DNA of 64,000 nucleotides from Thainema sp. (GTDB lineage Bacteria > Cyanobacteriota > Cyanobacteriia > Phormidesmidales > Phormidesmidaceae), in contig JBQLZK010000016.1 in assembly GCA_052168235.1 (NCBI GenBank), positions 32,001 through 96,000 on the forward strand, in the 5' to 3' direction. Position 1 is the stretch's first letter. Every line of letters begins with the position of its first letter. Of this stretch, positions 50,807 to 60,143 are shown in pieces. The position numbers and the translations under genes are program-made. The notes beneath the pieces are model-generated. The model was not told the origin of the DNA, searched no databases, and saw only the letters and a list, made by a program, of their open reading frames with translations.

Positions 50807-51751
50807 TTACCGAAAGTCGCATTCATCCAGACAAAAGCGATCGCACATGCGGACAGGAGAATCGGGGCGTCCCTGCATGGGGCACTGCTGATTGGTGCAG
50901 AAGAGGCAATCGGCTTGAATCGGACGCAGTAGCTGATGCGTGGCGTAGAGATAGATGTCTTGGTTGATATATCCCTGCGCTTCCAGTTCTGAAATGGAGT
51001 CGCTGATCAGAATGGCCGTATGAATGCCCAAGTGCTGACGGGCAGCGTTGATGTTGGCCAGCACTTGGCTAAAGCGCTGACTGCTGTCGTGAATCTTAAT
51101 CAGCACCCGCTGCGGCTGATTTTGAAAGCAGGGCGGCGATTCCTGAGCAAAGTAATCCTGATACTGTAGCGTGTAGGTGCCGTCGGAGTAATGGCGGGTG
51201 CGAATGCGGCGGTGGAACAGGACATCCGGTTCTCCCAGGTCATCCAGCACATACCACCAGGATTTATGCCAAGCGGCTTCCGGTAAATGCAAAATCGTGG
51301 CGATCTGCTCACGGGAAAATCCGGATGCGGCCAGGATTGCTTCAACCTGCGATCGCACAATATTGCGGCCCAGTGTCTGCGTGGACGACTGGCAGCGCGT
51401 CACCTGCTGGTAATCTACCGTGGAGCAGCAGGCCGCCTGAGCTGATGGAGCGGTATGTACCGTGTCAGCTAGAACGCAGTTGACTACGTCATAGTGCAGC
51501 ACTCCGTCAATCACCTGGGCATGGGAAACAGGCACGCCCAGGGTGGCTCGAATATGTCCCACTCGATGCGCTGGAGCCACCTGCGGATAGCAATCGACAA
51601 ACAGAGATCGCAACGTCGCCTCATCTGCGATCGCAAGTGCCAGCACGATCCGCTCTCGCAGCTCGGTGGCATCGACGGGCGACTCATCAATGGCAGACGG
51701 AGGGTGGGGCTGGCGTTGGGGCTGAGCAGTCCAAGATACCGGATAAACCAT
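50807..51751 (-). CDS. Hypothetical protein with a C-terminal Cys cluster
   Basis: About 314-aa ORF ending CLFCTNQQCP...MCDRFCLDEC. Confidence 0.65.
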   Translation of the reverse strand: MVYPVSWTAQPQRQPHPPSAIDESPVDATELRERIVLALAIADEATLRSLFVDCYPQVAPAHRVGHIRATLGVPVSHAQVIDGVLHYDVVNCVLADTVHTAPSAQAACCSTVDYQQVTRCQSSTQTLGRNIVRSQVEAILAASGFSREQIATILHLPEAAWHKSWWYVLDDLGEPDVLFHRRIRTRHYSDGTYTLQYQDYFAQESPPCFQNQPQRVLIKIHDSSQRFSQVLANINAARQHLGIHTAILISDSISELEAQGYINQDIYLYATHQLLRPIQADCLFCTNQQCPMQGRPDSPVRMCDRFCLDECDFR

Positions 51752-52191
51752 AAGCGCCTGATGCGTAGCGGTTGATTGCGGTGAATTGCAGTTGCGATCG
51801 CAAAATGAACTTGCTAATAGCGCAAGCCTTGACTTCATCTTGCGGCAATCTCAGCGATTCGCGATGCGACTTGTGACAAAGCGTTGAATTCTCATACAAA
51901 TCCTTGTAGCTCCACTGAGAGAATTTATAAACGTCCAAATAACACAACATAACTTTGCTTTAAATCGAGCCAAGGTGCGATCGCAATTTAGAATTTGATG
52001 CTGAGTTCTGATATTGGATTCTAATTCTGGACGTTGTAATTATTCATTTAAGTTGTGTTGACCTACGAAAATTCACAGGGATGGTTTTCCTATTGTTTGA
52101 AGATCATTGTTTTCAAAATGGTGAAATCACTCAGAAAATCACTGAACCGACATGCAATGACTTCGCAGTTTCGGCTTGCCCAATCTAAAAC

Positions 52192-52290
52192 CTAGTGGTT
52201 TGCCAACGTTGTTTTGGTGGGTTTTGATGGTTGATATGTCGCGCTTTGCGCGACATATCAACCATCAAAACTGATTTGACACAGCACTAG
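52192..52290. mobile_element. MITE-like element (TIR CTAGTG) with a 24-bp perfect hairpin
   Basis: CTAGTGGTTTGCCAA...TTGACACAGCACTAG (12/15 match). Arms 52221-52244 and 52248-52271 around TTT. Confidence 0.65.
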
Positions 52291-52559
52291 TTGGTTTAGC
52301 AACCGAATTTTTTCCTGAGATAAATTAAGTCATCAACTTGAGTTTGGCTATATGTAAAGAATTACGTCATCAAGTTGAGACTTACGGAGGGTCGGGCAAT
52401 CTGAAAATAGTCAGCAAGTAATCAAATTCAGTTTTGATTCATGAGTTGATTTAGTGCTCTTGCTCCCATAACAGGCTGAGCTAAACATCGTCTATTTTTT
52501 TAGTTTTGTAACACAGTTATTACCTCATCGCGGTTGGATTAAGCTTTGGAGTTGAGTTT

Positions 52560-53033
52560 ATGCATACCCTGAATCATACAATTGAGCGCTCCGTCTTAGA
52601 CGCAGATGGTCGCTATCTCAATGCTCAAGAACTTTACCCATTAGAGCAATATCTCAAGAGCTACAATCAGCGGCTAGAAACCTATGCCTTGCTAAGAGAA
52701 AAAAGCGACGCCTTAGTGTTACAAGCCCTGCGGAAATTAGCTCAAGTTTATCCAGAACTGATTCAAAAGCACGGCAAGCGCTGTAAATACGATATGGCAG
52801 AAGTGTTACGCTATGCAGCCCTGTCTGTGCTGAGAGATGACGAGATGTTTTTCAAGGAAGCAATGGTGTCTTGGTTAGATACCATCTTGGTTGCCCACCA
52901 CAAACAGGAGCAGTGCATTAAAGCGTATCAGTATCTGGAAGATGCTATCGCAACTATGCTGCCGCCTACCGATGCCACCCTCGTTCGCCCCTATATTGAG
53001 GTTGTGCTGATGACCCTAAAGTCCCACGCTTAA
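52560..53033 (+). CDS. Phycobiliprotein-like (globin-fold) protein
   Basis: DADGRYLNAQEL and KRCKYDMAEVLRY, with Cys at the bilin-attachment position. Confidence 0.8.
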   Translation: MHTLNHTIERSVLDADGRYLNAQELYPLEQYLKSYNQRLETYALLREKSDALVLQALRKLAQVYPELIQKHGKRCKYDMAEVLRYAALSVLRDDEMFFKEAMVSWLDTILVAHHKQEQCIKAYQYLEDAIATMLPPTDATLVRPYIEVVLMTLKSHA

Positions 53034-53076
53034 GTTGTTAATTAGACGCAGTTTCAACAAGATTAGGAAGTTGAAT

Positions 53077-53814
53077 ATGAAGGAATATGATAATTCAATT
53101 ACCTTAAATAATCGTTCATCCCGCGAAGAACGGGAATCTGCCCTGTACCAGATTTACACCCAAATCTTAGGCCGCCAACCCTATCAGTATGAGCGTAAAA
53201 TTTTAGCCGATGCAGAAAAGAATTTCTTGCAGGGTAAAAGTAGCGTTAAGCGCTTCCTAAAATGCCTTGGCCACTCCGAAATTTATCTAGACTCTTACTA
53301 TCACAATTCATCCAACCTCAAGTTTTTAGACTGGTGCTTTAAGCACTTTATGGGTCGCGCTCCTCAAGATGAAAAAGAAGTTCAATACTACTGTGATATT
53401 CTGATGCGTTCAGGCGTTAAAGAACTCATTACTGTGCTGCTAGACTCAGAAGAATATCGGAAGGTATTTGGCAACTTTACGGTGCCTCACACATACGAAC
53501 AAAGCCACTATGCTTCACCAAAAGCCTATTGGGAGACCAATATCTTGACCCACGAACATTTCAGTCAACGGGGGCGGGTCATTCCAACCATGTATTGGCA
53601 TTCCCTGGGGCTCAACTGTGATGCGGGCGTTTGCCATCCAGAAGTCGATGGTGAATTTGCCCATACAAATCAATCGCCCAGTGCAGCTTCCGACGAGATG
53701 ATGCCAGACGAGCTAATGGAATTTTTGAAGGCTTTAGGCCCCGCTCAAGCACGTCAGCTCATTGCCTCCATGACGCCAAAACAAAAGCAGGCGCTTTATC
53801 AGGCGATTCATTAA
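53077..53814 (+). CDS. Phycobilisome linker-domain (Pfam00427-type) protein
   Basis: IYTQILGRQP, FKHFMGRAP and LLDSEEYRKVFG..TVP. Confidence 0.85.
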   Translation: MKEYDNSITLNNRSSREERESALYQIYTQILGRQPYQYERKILADAEKNFLQGKSSVKRFLKCLGHSEIYLDSYYHNSSNLKFLDWCFKHFMGRAPQDEKEVQYYCDILMRSGVKELITVLLDSEEYRKVFGNFTVPHTYEQSHYASPKAYWETNILTHEHFSQRGRVIPTMYWHSLGLNCDAGVCHPEVDGEFAHTNQSPSAASDEMMPDELMEFLKALGPAQARQLIASMTPKQKQALYQAIH

Positions 53815-53842
53815 TTTAGACTTAATTAGATTCGGTATGGAC

Positions 53843-53886
53843 AGTGTATTTTGTCACCGTGACTGGTGACAAAATACACTTTTTTG
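53843..53886 (+). terminator. Intrinsic terminator after the linker gene
   Basis: AGTGTATTTTGTCACC...GGTGACAAAATACACT followed by a T run. Confidence 0.75.
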
Positions 53887-53964
53887 TTTTTCTACGAGCA
53901 GCATCGTACGGTGTAACGTGACACATGATGCCTCTTCTACATCTTCAGTTTCTACAGCAATCTT

Positions 53965-54035
53965 CAGGTGATTATGAACAGGTGATTATGAACAGGCCGC
54001 CCCGCTGGGGTGGCCTGTTCATAATCACCTGTTCA
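53965..54035. repeat. Tandem 14-bp duplication folded into a long inverted repeat
   Basis: CAGGTGATTATGAA x2; arm TGAACAGGTGATTATGAACAGGCC pairs with GGCCTGTTCATAATCACCTGTTCA. Confidence 0.7.
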
Positions 54036-54141
54036 CTAGCTATTTAGTAGAGCTACAGATAGTTTGTCTTTGTGGTCTATCCTGCAAAAGGAAGCAAACC
54101 ATACGTCTGATTCGTTTAGCACCCAAAGTTGAGTCCAGCAA

Positions 54142-55308
54142 ATGTCCATTTCATCACGGATGCAGGCTGTTCAGTCACCGATTATTCCCATCGTAGGAGA
54201 GCTAATTTGCCAGCATCCCGGCACGATTTCACTGGGTCAGGGCGTCGTCTCCTACCCACCACCGCCGGAAAGCATTGTCATGCTGCAAAGCTTTGCCGCT
54301 AATCCCGCCAACCATATTTACAAAGCCGTCGAAGGGATTCCGCCACTGCTGGAGGTGATTCGCGCCAAACTTGAAACCGATAACGGCCTGGTTCTGACCA
54401 ACGACCAGCGCATTGTGGTGACCGCAGGCAGCAACATGGCGTTTATGAATGCGGTGCTGGCGATCGCATCTCTTGGTGATGAAATTATTCTGCAAACGCC
54501 CTACTACTTCAATCACGAAATGGCGATCGCAATTGCGGGTTGCCGAGCCGTCTGCGTACCAACCGACGAGCAGTACCAGTTGCAGCTAGATGCGATCGCA
54601 CGGGCCATCACCCCTCAAACCCGCGCCATCGTCACCATTTCGCCCAACAACCCGACGGGTGCTGTTTATCCAGCAGCCGACCTACAGGCCGTCAATGATC
54701 TCTGCCGCGATCGCGGACTGTACCATATCAGCGATGAAGCCTACGAATACTTCACTTACGATGGTGTAAACCACGTTTCGCCCGGTCGCTTTGTCGATAG
54801 CCAGGACTTTACGATCTCGCTGTTTAGCCTATCGAAAGCATACGGATTTGCCAGCTGGCGAATCGGCTACATGGTAATTCCGGCTCACCTGTTCGATGCG
54901 GTGAAGAAAATTCAGGACACGATTCTGATTTGTCCACCCGTTGTCTCGCAGTATGCTGCCTTGGGCGCTCTGAAGGTGGGACGGCAGTACTGTTGCGATC
55001 GCATTGCTCCTTTGAATGCAATCCGTCAGCAAATTCTTGCCTCGCTGCAACCGCTAGTGGAGCAAGGGATCTGTACAGTTGCTCCGGCTCAAGGTGCATT
55101 TTATCTATTTATTCGAGTTCATACTCAGTTGGACGCAATGGCACTAACCGAGTACCTAATTCGCGAACATCACGTCGCGGTCATTCCAGGAACAACCTTC
55201 GGCATGGATCACGGTTGCTACATCCGAGTCGCCTACGGCGCATTAGAGGCCAACACGCTACTGAGCGGATTAGATCGCCTGATCACCGGACTGAAGGGCG
55301 TCGCTTAA
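54142..55308 (+). CDS. Class I/II PLP-dependent aminotransferase
   Basis: ISLGQG, SPNNPTG, SDEAYE and SLSKAYGFASWRIGY. Confidence 0.9.
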   Translation: MSISSRMQAVQSPIIPIVGELICQHPGTISLGQGVVSYPPPPESIVMLQSFAANPANHIYKAVEGIPPLLEVIRAKLETDNGLVLTNDQRIVVTAGSNMAFMNAVLAIASLGDEIILQTPYYFNHEMAIAIAGCRAVCVPTDEQYQLQLDAIARAITPQTRAIVTISPNNPTGAVYPAADLQAVNDLCRDRGLYHISDEAYEYFTYDGVNHVSPGRFVDSQDFTISLFSLSKAYGFASWRIGYMVIPAHLFDAVKKIQDTILICPPVVSQYAALGALKVGRQYCCDRIAPLNAIRQQILASLQPLVEQGICTVAPAQGAFYLFIRVHTQLDAMALTEYLIREHHVAVIPGTTFGMDHGCYIRVAYGALEANTLLSGLDRLITGLKGVA

Positions 55309-55326
55309 TTTGAGTACAAAATTCAA

Positions 55327-55416
55327 TAGACTTTATCGGAAATTGTTTTGTAGCGCGGCTCCGCCGCGCTACAAAACAATTTCCAACCCCAAAAACTTTA
55401 TTTCCAATAAAGTCTA
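55327..55416. mobile_element. MITE-like element, copy 2 (inverted relative to 49457-49547)
   Basis: Same TIRs and hairpin; loop TCC (GGA on the minus strand). Confidence 0.8.
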
Positions 55417-55533
55417 ATATTTAACCCAGACGTCTAAACGTTTTCAGAGTTTTCCAACGTCCTAATCAATGTGACTACTGTTATAACAACTCAAGTTCAC
55501 ACATGAAGAGGGTTAAAATTATGTTAAGTATTT

Positions 55534-56301
55534 ATGATTGTCGCCTTAATGTCATTGAGCATGCCGATTGCGCTGTTGGGTCTAGCAAGTTTCACATCAT
55601 GGTTCATTAGCATGCTGGCAGGTGGCGGTAGTCCGTTCATCCTGATTCCACTCGTTAATTTTTGGTATGGAGCTGAGTCGGTTGCGCCCGTGATTACGAC
55701 CGGGATGATGCTGGGCAACATGCAGCGAATCGGCATGTTCTGGCAGCATATTGATTGGACAGTGACTCGCTGGTACGCACCGGGAGCATTAGTTGGCGCG
55801 ATTTTGGGAGCCTATGCGTTTACCAAAATCCAGCTCGAATGGATGCAGATTCTGTTGGGGATCGCGTTGTTACTGGTTGGCGTCAATCACTGGCTCCGAC
55901 AGGCTAAACCACCCCTATCGGTGAAGGCGTGGCAATTTCTGCCAATTGGCTTTTTATATGCATTTGGCTCTGGCTTGGTGGGCAGCACTGGCCCAGTGAT
56001 GAACCCGGTTTATCTTAACTATGGCTTGGTCAAGGAAGAGATGATCGCAACCAAGGCAGTCAATGTGGTGATGGTGCATGTGGTGAAGCTGATTACCTAC
56101 TGGCTGCTGGGGGCGCTACATCCGATGTATTTGCTCTATGGCGTCGTAATTGGTGTGGCAGCATTTCCAGCCAATTGGTTAGGGAAGCTGATTCTAGAAC
56201 GCATGAGCGGGGATCAGTTTCAGCAGGTTGTGCTAACCTTTGTGGCTCTAAGCGGTGCCTTTATGGTTTGGAACCAGCGGCATTTGCTGTCATGGTTTTA
56301 G
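55534..56301 (+). CDS. TauE/SafE (sulfite exporter-like) membrane protein
   Basis: SMLAGGGSPFILIP and SGLVGSTGP repeats, about 8 TM segments. Start may be 55549 or 55561. Confidence 0.85.
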   Translation: MIVALMSLSMPIALLGLASFTSWFISMLAGGGSPFILIPLVNFWYGAESVAPVITTGMMLGNMQRIGMFWQHIDWTVTRWYAPGALVGAILGAYAFTKIQLEWMQILLGIALLLVGVNHWLRQAKPPLSVKAWQFLPIGFLYAFGSGLVGSTGPVMNPVYLNYGLVKEEMIATKAVNVVMVHVVKLITYWLLGALHPMYLLYGVVIGVAAFPANWLGKLILERMSGDQFQQVVLTFVALSGAFMVWNQRHLLSWF

Positions 56302-56759
56302 AGATTATGTTTTAGAGACTGTGTTTTCTTTAAATTTTGCTCCCATTCTTCGAGGAAAGTTTCTTTTATCCCACTATCAGAAACACCTGCCTCTATCCAT
56401 CCAATTTGAACATTATCTAATTCTAAGGCGACTGTGGATTCAGTTTCTTTCGAGTAAACTTCTAATGCTCTGACTAAAACTTTAACTTCCTTAAGATGAG
56501 CGGCATCCACTTCACATGGAAGCTGCTCGTTCCAAGGTGGTAAAGCAGAATAGATCTCTAAAAATCCTCCCACTGTCCGAATGCTTTCATCTGAGCCTGT
56601 ATCCGATTCGTCACAGAATGTAGGTTTATCTATCAGCCAATCATGTTGCTCAGATAATTGTTCAACAAGAAGCCGCATCTTTTGAACCACAGTATCGTTG
56701 AGTTCACTGTCAATAAAAAACAAGAGTAACTGCTTTGGATGATCTGCGGGTAAAAACAT
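56298..56759 (-). CDS. Hypothetical acidic protein (AT-rich gene)
   Basis: 153-aa ORF; stop overlaps the tauE stop. Confidence 0.6.
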   Translation of the reverse strand: MFLPADHPKQLLLFFIDSELNDTVVQKMRLLVEQLSEQHDWLIDKPTFCDESDTGSDESIRTVGGFLEIYSALPPWNEQLPCEVDAAHLKEVKVLVRALEVYSKETESTVALELDNVQIGWIEAGVSDSGIKETFLEEWEQNLKKTQSLKHNL

Positions 56760-56937
56760 AACTATTTGCCTCACTCCGCACTCCGCACTTTCTCCCTCAA
56801 AACTCACCCCCACCCCACCTTCCTCTCAGGAAAAACTTATTTGACAGAATTAGCATAACCTTAGCCATCGAAGTTCATCATTTAGATGAGCCTGTAACCG
56901 ACCTCAACAGATAACCTCAAGCATAAGGGAGAAGATC

Positions 56938-58371
56938 ATGGCGGTTGACTATGATTTGGTAATTATTGGCGGTGGGTCTGCCGGACTCGTCGTTGCCAGT
57001 GCCGCAGCTCAAATCAAGGCCAAAGTTGCCTTGGTGGAACGTGAGCGACTGGGTGGAGAATGCCTTTACTATGGCTGTGTTCCTAGTAAATCCCTGATTC
57101 ATGCTGCTCGGACTTCCTATGATGTTCAACATGCCGATCGCTTTGGCGTGTACACTCAACCGCCTCGGATTGAGTTTGCTGAAGCCATTGGGCACGTGCA
57201 GAAGGTGATTCGCACGATTGAGGTGCATGATTCTCCCGAACGGTTTGAATCGCTAGGGGTTGAGGTAATTTTTGGCGAGGGGCAATTCTGCGATCGCAAC
57301 ACCTTTGAAGTCAATGGCCGCAAGTTAAAAGCCAGGGCGTTTGTGGTTGCCACCGGATCGCATCCATTTCTGCCTGCCGTTGAAGGACTTCAGGAAGCGG
57401 GCTACATCACCAATAAAACCGTTTTCACCCGCACTGAGCAACCTGAATCGCTGGTCATCATTGGTGCTGGCCCCATTGGCTGCGAGTTAGGACAATCCTT
57501 CCAACGCTTGGGCACACAGGTGACAATTATCTCCAGTCGCGCCAACATCATGCCGAAAGAAGAACCCGAAGTCGCTGCTGTGGTTGAGAAACAATTGGAA
57601 GCGGAAGGCATCCGGATTATTCGCAATGCCAAAGCAGAGCGCGTAGAGGTGATCGACGGTAAAAAACACGTCTGGGCAGGTAAAGAGAACGTCATTGCTG
57701 ACGATATTTTGCTAGCGGCAGGACAGGTGCCTAGCGTCAGCTCCCTCAATCTGCAAGCGGCTGAAGTCGAGGTCGGCAAGCAGGGCATCAAGGTGAATGA
57801 AAAGCTACAGTCGGTGACCAATCCCCGCATTTATGCCTGCGGTGACGTAATTGGCGGCTATCAGTTTACCCACGTCGCCTCCTACGAAGCAGCCATTGTG
57901 CTGAAAAATGCTCTATTCTTCCCGCTCACCAAGGCAAAGTATGAAGTCATTCCCTGGGCCACGTTTACCGATCCCGAACTGGCGCGGGTAGGTATGACCG
58001 AAAAGCAAGCCCGCGATCGCTATGGCGATGATATTTACGTGTTGAAGCAAAATTTTGCTGACGTGGATCGAGCGCAGGCCGAGGGCCAAACCGCCGGATT
58101 TGCCAAGTTCATCACCAAAGGCAACGGCGAAATTCTGGGCGCTCACATGGTCGGGCCATCGGCGGGTGAACTGATCCATGAGGTGGTGCTGGCCATGACC
58201 CAAGGACTCAAGATTTCAGCCCTGACAGGCATGATCCATATCTATCCCACCCTGGCCGAAATCAACAGCAAAACCGCGCTGCAGCTTACCAAGCAAAAGT
58301 ATGCCAAAAATACGCGACTACAGACGATCCTGACCAAGTTTTTCAACTTCCGGCGGTCGATTGGCGGCTAA
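56938..58371 (+). CDS. Pyridine nucleotide-disulfide oxidoreductase (dihydrolipoamide dehydrogenase/MerA-like family)
   Basis: IIGGGSAG, GGECLYYGCVPSK, IIGAGPIGCE, YACGDV, FTDPELA and IHIYPTLAE. Confidence 0.9.
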   Translation: MAVDYDLVIIGGGSAGLVVASAAAQIKAKVALVERERLGGECLYYGCVPSKSLIHAARTSYDVQHADRFGVYTQPPRIEFAEAIGHVQKVIRTIEVHDSPERFESLGVEVIFGEGQFCDRNTFEVNGRKLKARAFVVATGSHPFLPAVEGLQEAGYITNKTVFTRTEQPESLVIIGAGPIGCELGQSFQRLGTQVTIISSRANIMPKEEPEVAAVVEKQLEAEGIRIIRNAKAERVEVIDGKKHVWAGKENVIADDILLAAGQVPSVSSLNLQAAEVEVGKQGIKVNEKLQSVTNPRIYACGDVIGGYQFTHVASYEAAIVLKNALFFPLTKAKYEVIPWATFTDPELARVGMTEKQARDRYGDDIYVLKQNFADVDRAQAEGQTAGFAKFITKGNGEILGAHMVGPSAGELIHEVVLAMTQGLKISALTGMIHIYPTLAEINSKTALQLTKQKYAKNTRLQTILTKFFNFRRSIGG

Positions 58372-58437
58372 TTTGGCTGATAACAGTCGAGCAAAGCAGC
58401 TCCCCTACTCCCTTGCTCCCCTCATTCCTCACTTACC

Positions 58438-59232
58438 TCAGCGCGGCGCGATCGCAACTTCTACGTCAGTCCCCATCAAGTCAATCAGATACGGCAACAG
58501 TGCTGCCTGGTCGCTGAGAACGGGAGCGAGTTGAAACGTAACTTGGGGATGACGCTGGGCTAGTTCGTTGACTAAAGTTGCGATCGCATCCGTAATTCCG
58601 CCTGCAAAGAGGAAATAGGGCAAAATACCAATTCGGCGATGGCCTTGCTCAATCAGTTGCTCGACTTGATGCGCCAACTGTGGGTCAACTGACCAGTAGG
58701 CGGGAGCGGCCTGGATTATGTTGGCTAGCTGTTCAATGGGTTGATTGCCACCCGGACGACGGCTACCGTGGGAGAGCAGAATCCAAGCATCCATTTCAGC
58801 TTGCCGCTGGGTTGTCTGCAAAATCTGCACCAGTTCCGCATGGCTACCGAGATAGGGAGAGCAGTGGAGGGCAATATCCGCCGCTGGCGAATGCAGCAAA
58901 AGCTGCTGCGCCTGCTGGATTTCGGCGGGAATATCCTCCATGACATGGACACCCGGCAGCAAAAACAGCGGCAGCAGTTTCAGTTGGGTGTAGCCTTCGG
59001 TGCTGGCGAGATAGGCCATCTGTTCAATTTGGCGATGCAGCGGTTCGTCGGCTAGTTCCAGCGTTGCGGCTCCAATCAGTGGGACAAAATTCTGACTATC
59101 CTGCGGGGTATGTGGTGCGATCTGGTGCTGCAACTGGGTGATTAATTGTGCGATCGCAGCATCGGGACGCGGATCGCGGCTACCGTGGGATACCAGCAGG
59201 TATGCAGAACGGTGGGAAGCGGGCATAAACAT
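58438..59232 (-). CDS. cbiX: Sirohydrochlorin chelatase (CbiX/SirB), two domains
   Basis: LVSHGSRD, LPLFLLPGVHVMEDIP, LLSHGSRR and LPYFLFAG. Confidence 0.85.
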   Translation of the reverse strand: MFMPASHRSAYLLVSHGSRDPRPDAAIAQLITQLQHQIAPHTPQDSQNFVPLIGAATLELADEPLHRQIEQMAYLASTEGYTQLKLLPLFLLPGVHVMEDIPAEIQQAQQLLLHSPAADIALHCSPYLGSHAELVQILQTTQRQAEMDAWILLSHGSRRPGGNQPIEQLANIIQAAPAYWSVDPQLAHQVEQLIEQGHRRIGILPYFLFAGGITDAIATLVNELAQRHPQVTFQLAPVLSDQAALLPYLIDLMGTDVEVAIAPR

Positions 59233-59262
59233 CAGGCTAGGAATGCGACAGCTTCTTTGAGC

Positions 59263-59688
59263 TTAGCGGTTTTGCTCCTCAATTCGGTAAATAATGAACT
59301 GTTGCAGAATGCCGACCGATTCAACGTGGTAGGCGGGTGGGGTTTCACCAATGAGAGCGATTAAGTCACTGGGAATAAACTCGTCAACAGATAAATCCGT
59401 TGTGTAGATACTGAACAAGCCAAAATTCTGCTGCTCCGTTTGCTGCTGGATGATCTGCCGCGCTGGCCCACGCCCGATTTCGACCAGCGATTCACACGAA
59501 CTACTCAAAAAACCACCCAAATCTTGAGAAACATCGTCACACAGCTCTTGCTTGGCGTAGATCATGAGCTGCTCGGTGGCAAAATTCTCATAGGCTTGCC
59601 GATTGGGGTTGGTGATGGCCAAAACTCCTGCCAATCCGGCCAGGACGGCACCGCCTAGAATCAAACTATTCTTCAACCATTTGCTCAT
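59263..59688 (-). CDS. DUF4359-like membrane-anchored protein
   Basis: N-terminal TM, ITNP...YE.FA, NFGLFSIYTTDL and VGILQQF. Confidence 0.7.
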   Translation of the reverse strand: MSKWLKNSLILGGAVLAGLAGVLAITNPNRQAYENFATEQLMIYAKQELCDDVSQDLGGFLSSSCESLVEIGRGPARQIIQQQTEQQNFGLFSIYTTDLSVDEFIPSDLIALIGETPPAYHVESVGILQQFIIYRIEEQNR

Positions 59689-60009
59689 CTGTTTTTGTTA
59701 CTCGTTCTGCAAGGTGCCGAATGGGTTCAGGTAGATTACACGTACGGGCTAGGCATATGGAAGCTAAAGTGCGATCGCATGTTTCCTATCCTGCCTGGAT
59801 TTAAACCCTAAAGGACGTTTTCCGTTGTGGCAATGCTTGAGGGGACAGAAATTCTGACAGGCTACCGGAGCAGTATAAAACCAATAATTGGCATAGCTGG
59901 AGAGCCAGTGCGATCGCAGGTGCAGATGAGTCAGCAAACTATTCTCAAAAATTTGCCAATATTTTTTGCACCAGATTCAATCTAAATGTTATATTCAAGA
60001 TCGCAATAC

Positions 60010-60083
60010 GGCGGCCGTCGCCAAGTGGTCAAGGCAGTGGTTTGTGGTACCACCATACGTGGGTTCGACTCCCATCGGCCGCC
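60010..60083 (+). tRNA. tRNA-His(GTG), including G-1
   Basis: G-GCGGCCGTCGCCAAGTGGTCAAGGCAGTGGTTT-GTG-GTACCACCATACGTGGGTTCGACTCCCATCGGCCGC-C. Confidence 0.95.
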
Positions 60084-60143
60084 CTTTAACCTCGTCCAAA
60101 TGTACAGTAGTTTGTACAGTGACACGTTATTCGTACTCGGGCT

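Noticed and set aside
56938..58371. Mercuric reductase merA
   Set aside because: No C-terminal Cys-Cys pair, no NmerA domain and no mer operon genes.
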